Shown here: positions 26,816 through 38,299 of the stretch, piece after piece
Layout of the letters: each line of letters starts with the position of its first letter
How positions within the stretch are numbered: the first letter of the stretch is position 1
NCBI GenBank assembly: GCA_963836845.1
Contig: CAWILK010000046.1
Span: forward strand, 1,582 to 65,581
Origin: an uncultured Alphaproteobacteria bacterium
Lineage (GTDB): Bacteria > Pseudomonadota > Alphaproteobacteria > ATCC43930 > CGMCC-115725
Length of the DNA stretch: 64,000 nucleotides
Direction: 5' to 3'
The notes under the pieces: model-generated
The model's database searches: none
The model's input: the letters and a program-made list of their open reading frames with translations, nothing else
What the model was told of the DNA's origin: nothing
Made by a program: the position numbers and the translations under genes

Positions 26816-27030
26816 GGCTTTCTCCGTCTCCGGCGTTGCTCGGCGCCGCGCTCGGGACCGGGGAGTGTCGCCCCGGGCCGGGTCCACGAGCGACGAATAT
26901 AAACGCTGGCAGGCGAGACCGCACCATCGAGGGTCGGCCCGCGCCGCAATTTCGCCGCGCGCATGTGCGAGGCCAGGGCAGCGGGCAATTTACCCCAGAG
27001 AGACAGTCATGGCATCCCAGGTAGTCGCCG

Positions 27031-28080
27031 ATGCTTGATATCAGCCCGGCCGGCGCGTCATCCCCGCAAGAGCGATTTCCTTCCGGGCAGCCGCACAGCG
27101 GAGATTCGGACAGATTGCCTCCTCTGCCGGCGCGTTTTCTCGAACCCTCGCGGTTTGTCTGGGGCGGTTTTGCCGCGTCGGATGGGGCGAGGCTGCGCTG
27201 GGGTCATTTGCCGGCCGACCGGCCGCGCGCCGAATGCGTGATGGTCGGCGGCTTCACCGAGTGCATCGAGAAATATTTCGAGACGATCGCCGACCTTGCT
27301 GCTCGCGGGCTGTCGGCATGGTGCCTCGATTGGCGCGGTCAGGGGGGCTCCGATCGGCCTCGGCGATGGCCGAGCCCGCCCGCGTCCGCGCCGCTTTGAG
27401 CGCGATGCCGATGACCTCGCGCGGTTCACCGCGGCCCTGCCCCCGCCTCGCAATCCCCGCCTGTTGATCGCGCATTCGATGGGCGGAGCGATCGCGCTCC
27501 TATGCCTGCGGCGGTGCCCGGGCCTGTTTGATGCGGCGATATTGTCGGCGCCGATGCTCGGCATCCGCACCGGCCGGCTGCCGCGCAGGGCTGCTCGCTG
27601 CATCACCGGCGCCGCCCGGGTGTCCGGGTCTCGGGCTCTGCTTGCATTCCAGGAGCGGCGCGCTGGCGTCATGACCGCGACCCCTCGCCCGAAGCGGAGC
27701 CGCATATCGAGTGATCCCGGAACGCTGCCGGGTGCAATACGGCTGGTTCTCGGCGCATGCCCGGATTGCGCGTCGACCCGCCGACTTATGGCTGGCTCGA
27801 CGCGGCATTTCGGCTGGTCGCAAAGATCGGCCGGGCGGAGTTTCTTGCCGGGATCGATACCCCGATACTGCTCGCCAGCCCCGGGATCGAGCGGTTCGTC
27901 GAGCCCGAGGCGCACCATCGGGCGGCGCGGCTATTGCCGAACTGCACGCTGATCGAGCTTTTGGATTCGAAGCACGAGCCATTCCTCGAGCAGGATGCGA
28001 TCCGCGATCGTTGGCTCGATGCGATCGACGGGTTTGTCGCGGAGCGGGTCGCCGCCCGCAAAAAAATGCAGGCCGTCTGA
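27031..28080 (+). CDS. alpha/beta hydrolase (lysophospholipase-like), about 3 apparent frameshifts
   Basis: ORF 27031..27399 (...VMVGGFTECIEKYFETIADLAARGLSAWCLDWRGQGGS), ORF 27296..27952 (...LLIAHSMGGAIALLCL nucleophile elbow GxSxG) and ORF 27757..28080 (...TPILLASPGIERFVEPEAHHRAARLLPNCTLIELLDSKHEPF). Confidence 0.75.
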
Positions 28081-28176
28081 CCGCTAGCTTATAAAGCCTG
28101 AATTGGTAGCTGTGCTACTAACCAGACGAATAACTCCCGCGCTCGCCGCGAAATGGGCTCTCGAGGACCCGCTTTT

Positions 28177-28350
28177 CTCTCCTCTCCCCCCGCCGGCCGG
28201 GGGGAGAGGGCAGGGTGAGGGGGGCCGACGGACCGGTTTGCGGCGCCGCCCACCTCACCTTCCCAGGCCCCACGGATTAAGTCCATGGGCTGAAGGCCCA
28301 CGTCGCACCTGGGCCCCTCCCTCTCCCCACTGAAGGGCGCAGAGGGGCTT
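28177..28350. repeat. GC-rich composite palindromic (REP-like) element, copy E2
   Basis: Hairpin CTCTCCCCCC-N7-GGGGGGAGAG (28182-28208), GGGTGAGG... / ...CCCACCTCACC boxes, and a second hairpin CCCTCTCCCC...AGAGGGG. It lies between the hydrolase and the FkbM gene. Confidence 0.6.
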
Positions 28351-28495
28351 TTCCTCGAAACCCATCCCGCCGAATTCTGCGCTTTTGGTTGAGCTGGCGG
28401 CGATGCTGCAGCCGAATTCGATTCCCCGGACAGCCCTGCGCTTTCGCGGGCATGACGATGAGGAGGGGTGGGAGCCGAATGTTAGAAGCCTACCA

Positions 28496-29374
28496 CTAGC
28501 AGTCAAAGGCACGCGCCCATGCGCCTTTGAGTCGGTTGATCCCTTTTGTCAGGCGAGCCGAAAGCAGGCTCGCCGCGCGGCGAGCGTGGGCGACGTCGCT
28601 TTCCGGTGTTCTCGTCAGCACGCAGAAGTTGGCGCCGCGTAACCTCTGGCCGCGGTCGATCAGTTCGAGGCGCCCGCCGGGCAGCACCCGGCAAATTCTC
28701 AGACCCAAATCTTCGATCTCGGCGGAGAATGCATCGGCATCGACTGTCTCCGCCAGAAAGGCTTCGACAAATTCGAGGAAAATACGAATGTTCGGCGACC
28801 GGTGTATCGTATCTACCATGCCTCTCAACGCGAAGGGTTCGTGGCCTTCGATATCGATTTTGACCAGATCCACTGCCAAACCCCGCGGCAAGAACTGATC
28901 GATGGTGATTGCGTCGACCTCGACGGAGCGCTTGTCGCGGCCCCAGTGCCCGACATCGGTCATCGTCGCCCCGCCGAGAAATCTCGGCAGATAGTAGAGC
29001 TTCCTCCGTCCGGCCTCGTCGGCTACCAGGGCATTGACCGCAACGATATTCGGTCGTAGCGCAAGCCGGTTGGCGTAGAGCGTTCTTTCCAGCAGCTCGA
29101 AGGTATGGGGATTTGCCTCGAAAGCATAAAGGCGGCCGTGCTTCTTGACGAATGTGGCCGAGATCGCCGTGTAAAGCCCGAAATTCGCGCCGATGTCGAG
29201 AACCACGGAGTTGGGCTGCAGAAAGCTTCGGAACAACGGGAGCACATTGGCTTCCATGTCCCAGCCGAGCAGGTAATCGATGGAATCCAGCGAATTGGTG
29301 TCAACGCAAACGAATTCGCCGGAGCCGAGCCGGACCAGAGCCCGGTCCGCACCGGCATAAATTGGGCGATTCAC
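28496..29374 (-). CDS. FkbM family methyltransferase, intact
   Basis: Uninterrupted 292-aa ORF: ...VVLDIGANFGLYTAISATFVKKHGRLYAFEANPHTFELLERTL...VDLVKIDIEGHEPFALRGM. Confidence 0.85.
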   Translation of the reverse strand: MNRPIYAGADRALVRLGSGEFVCVDTNSLDSIDYLLGWDMEANVLPLFRSFLQPNSVVLDIGANFGLYTAISATFVKKHGRLYAFEANPHTFELLERTLYANRLALRPNIVAVNALVADEAGRRKLYYLPRFLGGATMTDVGHWGRDKRSVEVDAITIDQFLPRGLAVDLVKIDIEGHEPFALRGMVDTIHRSPNIRIFLEFVEAFLAETVDADAFSAEIEDLGLRICRVLPGGRLELIDRGQRLRGANFCVLTRTPESDVAHARRAASLLSARLTKGINRLKGAWARAFDC

Positions 29375-29478
29375 GTTTAAACTCTCGATTGCACGTGAGG
29401 TGGGATGACGATAGGTGTAGACTCGGGACAGAGCCCGCTCCCGTCATCCGGTCCGACCGGTACAGGAAACTGCGATCG

Positions 29479-29937
29479 GTGCCCAGCTCCGGTTATCTGC
29501 TGCGGCTTCTGCGAGGTGCGGCGCTCCTGATGGTTGCCGCGGGGCCGCTCGGCTGCGTCATCGCCTCAAAGCCGCGTCGATAACCCGTTTGTTGGAAACT
29601 GGGCGACGGCGGAGAATGCCAGCATCACGATCCGTTCCGACACCGTCGTTCAGCACCAAACCGACGGGCAGAGCACCACCCTCGACAAGGCGCTTGTCGT
29701 GGGGTGTTCCGCTTCACCTACGGCACGAAGACCCGCCAAGCCCTCGCCGAGCTGCTTCCGCGCCAGCCCGAGCTGCAGCGAAGATTGGCCGACGTGCTGG
29801 TCGAGCCGAGCTATCAGGTCGCCGAGCTCGACTGCGACCGCGGCGACCAAACCTATGTCCTGCTGAACGATCGACAGCTATTGGCGATCTATCGGGACGG
29901 GGATATCGGCGCGATCGACCGCTTGGCGCGTCGTTGA
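29479..29937 (+). CDS. hypothetical lipoprotein (2 apparent frameshifts)
   Basis: A GTG start gives (M)PSSGYLLRLLRGAALLMVAAGPLGC (lipobox-like). It continues through ...VDNPFVGNWATAENASITIRSDTVVQHQTDGQSTTLDKAL and ORF 29704..29937. Confidence 0.4.
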
Positions 29938-29980
29938 TCTGTGCTATGTTGCTGCCGCGAGGCGGACCGTGGCAAGGCTG

Positions 29981-30563
29981 ATGGGGGCGGAGCGGCGAGG
30001 GTTGCTACTCTACCTTGCTTTGCTGGGCGTCACGGTGGGCATCCTGGGCTCTTGCGCTACCGAGCAGCGCCCTCCGCCGCAGACCTCGGCGGTCCGGCCC
30101 CTGCCGCCGCCGGCTCCGGAAAACGTGGTGCGGCCGCGGCCTGTGCCCCGCCCGGCGCGCAAGCCCGCACCGCCGGCGCCGGTGGAAGGGCCTGCCTCGC
30201 CGACAGGGGCGTCTCTCGTGCTGCCTCCGCCAACACCCCTGTTGACGCCGGGAACCGCAACAACGCCCGCCTCCATCCCTCCCGTTGAGGCCGGCCCGCC
30301 GCCTCCCGAAGCCAGCGAATTGATCGGCCTCGACCAGCCCGCCGCAACGCGGTTGTTCGGGCCGGCGGCAGAGCGGTCGGAGGAGCCGCCCGCGACGGTG
30401 TGGCGGTACAAGACCGCGAGCTGCGAGCTCGATTTGTTCTTCTATCTCGATCTGCGTAGCGGCCGGATGCGGACCCTGCATTATGCATTGAAGGGCGACG
30501 GCGCCGATACCACGAGGCGCCAGGGATTGCTTGCGGTCGTTGGTCGCCTCTCGCGGCGGCTAG
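29981..30563 (+). CDS. proline-rich lipoprotein (one apparent frameshift near 30525)
   Basis: MGAERRGLLLYLALLGVTVGILGSC (lipobox), a long P-rich linker, then ...ATVWRYKTASCELDLFFYLDLRSGRMRTLHYALKG. The shifted tail is DCLRSLVASRGG* (TAG 30561-30563). Confidence 0.5.
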
Positions 30564-30576
30564 CGCTAATCCCGCG

Positions 30577-31300
30577 ATGCCGCATCTCCTTGCTCGTCGA
30601 CGACGACGACCTGTTCCGAGAATCGCTCGGCCTCAACCTGATCGACGAAGGATACGAGGTCACAAGCTTCGGCAATGGCGGAGAGGCGCTCGCCTATCTG
30701 GATCGCGGCGGCGGGGCGGACGTGATCCTCTTGGATTGGCGCATGCCGCAGCCTGACCGGGCTCGACGTGTTGCGCCGGATCCGGGCGGCCGGGATCACC
30801 ATTCCCGTCATATTTTTGACGGTGCTGTCGGACGATATTTACGAAGAGGCGGCGCTCGAGGGGGGTGCCGTCGATTTCATCGACAAATCCCGCCGGCTGC
30901 CGATCCTGCTTGAAACGGCTGCAACTGATCGCCGAAGGCGGCCGGCCGACGATGCGAGCCGGAGCCGGGCCGGCTGCCGCCGCTGCGGCTCGGCGCGCTC
31001 GACGCTGCGGTTTGATACGAATCGAGCGATCTGGGCCGGGCCATAGCGTCGATCTGACTTTGACGGAGTTTAAGATCCTGACCTTGCTCGCCGAGAAGGC
31101 GGGCAAGATGTCGGCTACAGGGAGATTTATGATTTAGTTCATGGTAAAGATTTCATAGCCGGGCACGGCTCGGAGGGATATCGCGCCAATGTTCGCACCT
31201 TCATCAAGCGAATCCGCAAGAAGTTCCGCGATGTCGACCCCGCTTCGACCATATCCAAAACTACGCCGGTTTCGGATACCGCTGGACCGCGGCAACATAA
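30577..31300 (+). CDS. OmpR/PhoB-family response regulator, several apparent frameshifts
   Basis: Receiver domain: ISLLVDDDDLFRESLGLNLIDEGYEVTSFGNGGEALAYL...DVILLDWRMP / GLDVLRRIRAAGITIPVIFLTVLSDDIYEEAALEGGAVDFIDKS. Winged helix: HSVDLTLTEFKILTLLAEKAGK / VRTFIKRIRKKFRDVDP / FDHIQNYAGFGYRWTAAT* (TAA 31298-31300). Confidence 0.75.
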
Positions 31301-31318
31301 GACCCGGCGTAGCAGTCA

Positions 31319-32838
31319 TTGGCCGTGGTCGCTTACGGCGAAGACCGGATATCTCGCCGTTGTATTCATCCTCGTTCCGGTGTTTCTCTACATCGAGTTC
31401 CGCTCTGCGTACGAGGAGAGCCAGGAGCTGTTGCTGCGGCGCTGTGCGCGCCGAGGGCCGCACCATCAGCCAATCCTTGCTGCCGCTGCTCGAAACTGCC
31501 GATGTCGCCGCCCTCCCCGAACTGGGTCGCGATCTCGCCCGCTATGCGAGTGAGGCAACGACTGTCAAACTGCTGCTGCAGCCGGCCGGAGCGCGCAACG
31601 GAACAAAAGGTTTCTATTATGTCGCGTCCTGGCCCCCGGTCGCGCCCAGCAACCTTGAGGCGGAACGCGAGACCCTCGCTAAGCCAGGGCGTGCTCGACT
31701 CGTCTCGCGGAGGATTGCCGCGGCGAGATGCCGTTCTCCTTGATTTACCATCGCCCGACCGGCGGTACCGAGGTCGTCACGGCGGTGACGCCGCTCTCGA
31801 CACCGGCCGGCTGTTGGGCGGTAGTCGCCTCGTTTTCCGAAGACGCATATCCGGCGGCGCATTTGAACCAGCCATACTGGGCGACCCCGCCGGTGGTGGT
31901 TGCAGCGGTTATCTATTTGATCATGGCGGCCATCACCTTTGCGACGCTGCAGAGCGTGCGTAGCGGATTGCGCCGCTTTGCCTCGCGCGCTCGCCGCATA
32001 CGGGAGCAGGGTCCCGACGCCGCTTCCTTCGCCGACCGCAACAACCTTCCCGAATTGGTCGACGTGGCGGCCGAGTTCGACAGGATGGTGGATGCGTTGC
32101 ACCGTTCGGCAGCCGATATCCGGCGCACCGCGGAAGACAACGCCCACGCCTTCAAGACGCCGATCGCGGTCATCCGCCAATCGATCGAGCCGTTGCGGCG
32201 CGCTCTCCCCGAGGGAAACCAGCGGGCCCAGCGGGCCGTCGGCGTCGTCGAGCACTCGCTCGATCGGCTGGATGCACTCGTCGCGTCAGCCCGCGAGCTC
32301 GACGAAGCGACTGCCGATCTGCTGGGCAAGCCGCTGGTGCCGGTCAATCTGGGGCGGGTGATCGGCGGGTTGGTGCAAATTCGTTCCGCTGTTCTCGCCA
32401 GCCGCGACGTATCAATCGTAGTCGCCAGCCACGACCTGACGATTTCAGCAGACCTGCTGCCGGGGCTGTTCGTGCTCGGCACTGAAGAAATGGTTGAGAC
32501 TGTCGTCGAGAACTTGATCGACAATGCGGTCTCGTTCTCTCCGGCGGGCGGCGAAATTCTGATCCATCTGACCCGCGACGGTCGCCTTGCCCAATTGACG
32601 ATTTCTGACCAGGGCCCCGGTGTTCCAAACGACCAGCTGGAGCGGATCTTCGACCGTTATTATTCGGAGCGGCGCGCCGACGAGACGAGCGACGGGCAAT
32701 CGAGCTATTTTGGGATCGGGTTATGGATCGCGCGCCGCAATGTCGAGGCGATGGGGGGGACGATCGAGGCGGAAAATCGAGCGCCTGCATGGGATGGCGG
32801 TGCACGTTCGCATGCCGTTGGCGCCCGATCGTCCCTGA
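31319..32838 (+). CDS. sensor histidine kinase (HAMP-HisKA-HATPase), 3-4 apparent frameshifts; start approximate
   Basis: TM segment ...GYLAVVFILVPVFLYIEF, a periplasmic-like domain (ORF 31189..31743 frame), then ORF 31728..32870: ...AEDNAHAFKTPIAVIRQSIEPL (H-box)...VENLIDNAVSFSP...ISDQGPGVP...GIGLWIARRNVEAMGGTIEAEN. Ends at TGA 32836-32838. Confidence 0.75.
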
Positions 32839-32872
32839 ACCGGCCTTGCCGGCTGGTAATCGTAATTTGAAG

Positions 32873-33208
32873 ATGGAAGCCGCAGGCTGAAAAGCGGCAT
32901 CTGGATCAAGGCGCTGATTCGGCGCTGTGATCTTGCTGCGATCCCCATCGCCGTGCTCGCCCGCGGCGACGGCGACGCCGGTGCGATCCTGCTCAAGTTC
33001 AATGGCGGTGCAGACGGCTGCTCGGTGCTGACGCAGGCGCGCGGGCAGAATGGCGAGCTGTTATGGATGCGGGCAACCGGCCCCGACCCGGTCGGCGAGG
33101 CGAACGCCGATGCCTACATCGATCGCCAGCGAGGACGAGATCCCGACACCTGGGTCATCGAGATCGAGACCGGGTCGGCGCAACGTGATCGACGGGCAGA
33201 TTGTTTGA
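32873..33208 (+). CDS. DUF1491 family protein (2 apparent frameshifts)
   Basis: ...RLKSGIWIKALIRRCDLAAIPIAVLARGDGDAGAILLKFNGGADGCSVLTQARGQNGELLWMRATGPDPVGEANADAYIDRQRGRDPDTWVIEIE. Assignment is from memory of the family pattern (KSxIWVxALxRR ... DPDxWVxExE). Confidence 0.6.
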
Positions 33209-33262
33209 CAGCAGTTGTCCGGGCGTGGCCCCTCCCGCATTCTTCGACCGGGAAATTATTGC

Positions 33263-33605
33263 ATGAGCTTCAGCATCCTGATCGTCGACGACGAGCCGGA
33301 CATCGCGGACCTCTTTCGCCAGCGGTTCCGGCGGGAAATGCGTCAGGGCCGGAACGTGCTGCATTTCGCAGCATCGGCGGAGAGGCTTTGCGTCGGTTTT
33401 CCGGGATCCATCCCGAGCCGATTATGATCCGGTGCGGATATCAACATGCCGGGGATGGACGGGATCGAGCTGCTGCCGAGCAATGAGGCAGGCGGCGAGC
33501 GCCGGCGCTACGGCCGTCCTTGCCAAGCCGAGTGGACGACGTAAGTCGCACTCAAAAAGCAGGTGACAACGCATTCTCGCCAAGGCGCGGAGTCCGGGCA
33601 AATGA
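33263..33605 (+). CDS. single-domain CheY-like response regulator, 3-4 apparent frameshifts
   Basis: MSFSILIVDDEPDIADLFRQRFRREMRQGRNVLHFAAS / GEALRRF / ...DINMPGMDGIELL / ...AVLAKP... The reconstructed tail ...QRILAKARSPGK* has its TGA (33603-33605) overlapping ATG 33602 of the next gene. Confidence 0.6.
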
Positions 33606-34401
33606 GTTGGATCTATCGCGGGATATTTGGATTGCCTGCACATTTGCTCGGCAATCGGCGAAAGGGCGTCTTCGCGCTACTTAGTGACAAGCGTTATCCC
33701 GTGTGGAACCCTTGGAGCGCAAAGTTCTTCAGTGGAAGATAGCGTTATCGCCCAGCATTTGGCAGAAATGCTGCAGGACGGCCCGCACTGTCATTTCCAA
33801 TGAGCAGGAGCTGATCAACGATCCGCAGCTCGGCGATAAGCGTCTGACCGGCAAGGTGGTGCTCGATCGTGCGGTCGAGCATTTTTCGCGGGCGACCGGC
33901 GTCAATCCAATAAAGATCGATCCCGAGTCTCGGGAAGGGCGCCTGGTGCGCGCGATGATGCAGGCGATTGTCCAAGTAGTCGATGACAATCAGGGGACCA
34001 TTAACGCCAAGGGGACTGCGTTCAAAGGCTTTATTCCCGCAGTATTCGGGCGCCTCGTTTCGGAAGAATTCGGGCAGCTGGCGAAAGGCGAAGCGGAGGT
34101 CAAGGTCACCGCGCCGCCGGACTTGGTGCGCAACCGCAAGGCGCGGCCTGACAAATGGGAGGCCGAGATCATCAAAACAAAGCTGCTCGATCCGGCCTGG
34201 CCCACTGGGCAGCCCTACTCTGCGACGGTCGACACAAATGGACGTTCGGCATTCCGGGTTATGGTCCCGGAGTATTACGTCCAGTCTTGCCTAGCTTGTC
34301 ACGGTACGCCAAAGGGCGAAATGGACATCACCGGTTATCCCAAGGAGGGTGGAAAGCTGAACGACCTCGGCTCGGCGATCAGCATCATCCTTTATCACTG
34401 A
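33602..34401 (+). CDS. DUF3365 (Tll0287-like) c-type heme sensor-domain protein, about 2 apparent frameshifts in the signal/N-terminal part
   Basis: ORF 33703..34401: ...ARTVISNEQELINDPQLGDKRLTGKVVLDRAVEHF...FKGFIPAVFGRLVSEEF...FRVMVPEYYVQSCLACHGTPKGEMDITGYPKEGGKLNDLGSAISIILY (CxxCH heme motif). The upstream frames give a signal-like ...RRKGVFALL/VTSVIPCGTLGAQSS. Confidence 0.7.
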
Positions 34402-34427
34402 ACCGGGCTAGCGATGGCGGAAGCGGA

Positions 34428-36571
34428 ATGATAGCTCGGTTAACGATCCGGACGCGATTGATCCTGCTGACGAGCGCGGGCCTGATCGTGCTGATCGCGA
34501 CGAATTCGTACCTGACCCGCAAGCTTGGTGACAATTCTGCGGGAATGGTCACGGCAGCCGAGCTTCTGACGAGCATCGAAGAGGCGAATAGTGCGCAAAT
34601 CGCCTTTGGCGAGATGCGCTATTGGATGACCGATCTCGCCGTCAGCCAGCTATTGTCGGCAGAACGTAATGCCGCGGCGGCGCGGACGCGGATGGAACAA
34701 CATCTCGACAAGCTGGCGGCCATGGAACCCGGAACGTGTGACCGCAGTCCGCAGCGAGCTGGCGCAATATGAGGAGTTTGCCGAACAGGCGGTCGACCAG
34801 TACACCAACGACCGCCGGGTGATCGGCAATTCACTGCTGGCTCAGGCGCGCCGGCACAGCATGGCGGCCGATCAGCTGCTCGCATCGATTGTTTCCGACC
34901 TGACCGGCGAAGCGATCGCCGCCCGAGAGCGGGTCGTCGCCGGGGCGGCGACGGCGACGCGAATTTCGCGAATTGTTGTGACCGCGGCAGTTCTAATCGG
35001 GGCTCTGCTGACCTATCTTGTCCTGCGCTCGATCATCCTTCCGCTGCGGCGTCTCACAGTGGCGATGGACGGCCTGAACGCGGGCGATGTCGACGGTGGC
35101 AATTCCCGATGCCCGGCCCGGACGAGATCGGGGCAATGGCCCAGACCTTGGCGATCTTCCGCGACACGCTCAAGGAGTTGCGCGAGACCTTGGCGCAATT
35201 CGAGGCGTTGCGGTCGGTCGGTCGCGCGGTAGGCTCGACCCTCGATCTCGAGACTGTACTGTCGATGGTTGCGGCGCGCGCGGTCGAATTCTCGCACGCG
35301 CAAGCCGGCATGATCTATGAGTATGACGAGGCGGCGCAGGAATTCCGCTTCCGCACGAGCCACGGCACCGAGCGAGAGCTGACCGAGCAGCTCAAGGCAG
35401 AGCCGATTCGCCTGGGAGACGGGGCAATCAGCACTGCGGCGGTGATCGGCTCGCCGGCCCAGGTGCACGACCTGCTTAGTGAACGGGAGCTCGCTGTTCC
35501 CAAACTGGGGGATGCGCTTGCTCGCCTGGGCTATCGCTCGCTGATCGCCGCGCCTCTTCTGCACGAAAAGCATATCCTCGGCGGTCTTGTGGTCGCCCGC
35601 CACGAGGCTGGCGATTTTCGAAAGAGATCGTCAGCCTGATCGAAGCTTTTGCGACGCAATCGGCGCTAGCCATTCGCAACGCCAAACTGTTCGAAGAGCA
35701 GCGTCAGCGCGAGCGCGACCTGCGTGTCGCTCATGACGAGCTGAAGGCGGCTCAAGCCAGTCTGGTCCACGCCGAGAAGATGGCCTCGCTGGGGCAGCTG
35801 ACCGCGGGCATCGCCCACGAGATCAAGAACCCGCTGAATTTCGTCAACAACTTCTCCGAGCTTTCGCGCGAGTTGTTGCAGGAGCTGGAGGAGGCGATCG
35901 GGACCCACGGACGCCGAGCAGAGTGAGCTGATCGCGACCCTGACCGAGCAATCTTTCCAAGATCGTCGAGCACGGGCGGCGAGCGGACAGCATCGTAACC
36001 AGCATGCTGCTGCATTCTCGCGGCGGCAGCGGCGAGCGCCGACGGAGTCGATCTCAACGGCGTTGGTCGAGGAAGCGCTCAATTTGGCCTTCCATGGCGC
36101 GCGCGCTAAGGACAGGAGCTTCAACATCGCCTTGGAGCGCGATTCGATGCCAGCCTCGGCGCGATCGACATCGTCCCGCAGGACATCTACCCGGGTGCTG
36201 CTGAACCTCTTTGGGAACGGCTTTTATGCAGCGAACAAACGCCGGCTGGAAGGCGCGGACCCGGCATTCCAGCCGGTATTGAAGGTGACGACCCGCGACC
36301 TCGGAGATCAGGTCGAAATACGGGTTCGTGACAACGGGGTCGGCATGTCGCCGGAGGTGCAGAGCAAGCTGTTCCGCCGTTCTTCACGACCAAGCCGACC
36401 GGGGAGGGGACAGGGCTGGGCTTGTCGATCAGCTACGAGATCGTCGTCCAGGAGCACGGCGGCACGATCACCGTCGACAGCCGCAACGGGCAATTCACCG
36501 AGTTCATCTTGCGCTTGCCGCGCAGTTTCGCCCGGTCGGAGACGACGGCGGCGGCGAGGGCTTCGGCATGA
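34428..36571 (+). CDS. sensor histidine kinase (TM-HAMP-GAF-HisKA-HATPase), about 9 apparent frameshifts including compensating pairs
   Basis: [29 protein letters not shown] (TM)...second [23 protein letters not shown] ...[21 protein letters not shown] ...[21 protein letters not shown]...[21 protein letters not shown]-box ...[23 protein letters not shown] boxes ...[13 protein letters not shown]...VRDNGVGM...[20 protein letters not shown]. Confidence 0.8.
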
Positions 36572-37220
36572 CCGAACGGCCGCGCCAGGCCGAACTCCCG
36601 AGCATCCCGATGCGGAATTCGTGGAGGGCAGAGACCGCTTTCGAGCGCTATTTGCGGATCGATACTTTCGGTTTCGGCACCGGCTGTTTTCCGGCGAGTG
36701 GAGCGAGCGTGCGGAGCTATGACGTGCTGCGGCGCGGGCGGGCGGTCGCGATCGTGCTCTACGATCCCGATCGCGACAGCGTCGTGCTGGTCGAGCAGTT
36801 CCGCCTGCCGGCGCTGCTCGCCGGGAGCTCGCCCTGGCAGATCGAGGCGGCCGCCGGGATGATCGACCGCGACGAGACGCCGGAGGCCGTCGCGCTGCGC
36901 GAGACCCGCGAGGAAACCGGCCTCTACGTTGATCGGCGAGCCGATCCGGATCCAGCGGTATCTTGCCCTCAGCCGGCGGCTCCGACGAGAGCCTCGTGCT
37001 GTTCTGCGGGCGCGTCAATTCGACCCTCGCGGCCGGAGTGCACGGTCTGGAGGAAGAGCACGAAGACATCCGCGTCGTCGTAAAGACAGTTGCCGAGATC
37101 GAGGCCTTGCTCGACAGCGGGGCGGTCGAGAACGGTCACACCTTGGTTGCCCTCTTCTGGCTTCTGCGCCACCGGGACCGGCTGCGAAGGCTATGGGGTA
37201 CCGCCGGAGGGGTGCAATAA
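36568..37220 (+). CDS. NUDIX hydrolase (ADP-ribose/NDP-sugar pyrophosphatase-like), one apparent frameshift near 36935
   Basis: [36 protein letters not shown]...[24 protein letters not shown]...[30 protein letters not shown] (Nudix box), then ORF 36963..37220. Its ATG overlaps the kinase stop (ATGA). Confidence 0.75.
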
Positions 37221-37227
37221 GCGAGGC

Positions 37228-38196
37228 TCAGGGCAGTCCGGGCATGCTGTCGGGCGGGTCCAGCCCGACACCGACGAGATGGCCGAACAGCTTTGCGAGG
37301 GTTTGCCGGTCGGCCAGCGGCAATGGCGGCGCCAAGATCGAGGCAACGTTTATCCGCAGGTGATCCGGGTCGCCGGTGCCGAAGAGGACCACGTCCACTC
37401 CCGGCTCGTGCCGGACAAACCGGTACGCGGCCTCGGGGATCGTGCGCGCACCCGCTTCGTGAACCAGGAAACCGAGCGGGTTCGGCGCGTCGGCGAGCCA
37501 GCGCGGCAGCTGACCGCTCGCGGTGAGCTCGCGCAATGCTGCGGCGAGGCGCTCGGGCCGCGAGAAGATGTTGCGGACCGCAAACATCAGCAATGTCCCG
37601 ACACGATTGGCGATCGTCAGCGGGAACACCCTGGTTCGGGCGTTCTGGTGCATCATGTGGAACGCGACCATCACAACGTCCCAGATGCCGTCCGCGACGG
37701 CGCGCTGGACCATGGCGTGCTCGGAATCCGAGGAGCCGGTCTCGGTGACGCCGAGATATCCGATCTTTCCCTTTTCCCGCTCCTTGAGGAGCGCCGGCGC
37801 GATGACATCGATCGCGCGGTCATAGCCTTTGGGCGAGACCCCGTGCAGTTGAAAAATGTCAATGTGATCGGTGCCGAGCTGCCGCAGTGAATTGTCGAGG
37901 CTGGCGACCGCGCGATCGGCGGCAGTGCGCCCCTCTCGCGGCGGGATCCACGCCTTGGTGGCGATCACGACGCTGTCCCGGGGAACGCTCTTGATCGCCT
38001 CGCCGACGACCGCCTCGGTGCCGTAGACCGCGGCGGTGTCGATCAGAGTGATCCCCAGATCGAGCGCCTGGCGAACCAGGCCGACGGCCTCGGCCTCGCT
38101 CTTTCCGGTGCCGAGGCCGAGCCGGCTGAACCCGCCGCAGCCGAGCCCGGCGACGCTGACCCGAAGCCCGGTGCGGCCAAGCGTGACATAATCCAT
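37228..38196 (-). CDS. aldo/keto reductase, intact
   Basis: Internal start of ORF 37228..38319: MDYVTLGRTGLRVSVAGLGCGGFSRLG...ITLIDTAAVYGTE...IDIFQLHGV...GYLGVTE. Confidence 0.9.
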   Translation of the reverse strand: MDYVTLGRTGLRVSVAGLGCGGFSRLGLGTGKSEAEAVGLVRQALDLGITLIDTAAVYGTEAVVGEAIKSVPRDSVVIATKAWIPPREGRTAADRAVASLDNSLRQLGTDHIDIFQLHGVSPKGYDRAIDVIAPALLKEREKGKIGYLGVTETGSSDSEHAMVQRAVADGIWDVVMVAFHMMHQNARTRVFPLTIANRVGTLLMFAVRNIFSRPERLAAALRELTASGQLPRWLADAPNPLGFLVHEAGARTIPEAAYRFVRHEPGVDVVLFGTGDPDHLRINVASILAPPLPLADRQTLAKLFGHLVGVGLDPPDSMPGLP

Positions 38197-38299
38197 GCTT
38201 CGTGTTCGATTGCGACATCCCACCCCGGCGACGTTGATAGCAAACGGCGCGAAATTGGGACAGACTGATGCAAACCTCAAATGCCCGGAGGGACCCAGC

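Noticed and set aside
28089-28333. Short Gly/Pro/Arg-rich ORFs over the repeat elements: 28089..28301, 28103..28333, 42144..42434, 42254..42682, 45733..46179, 48203..48397 and 48231..48509 (repeat-encoded tail).
   Set aside because: Their sequences are translations of the palindromic repeat modules in various frames (GEGRGE, SPLPRG and similar) and recur wherever the repeat occurs. They are not independent genes.
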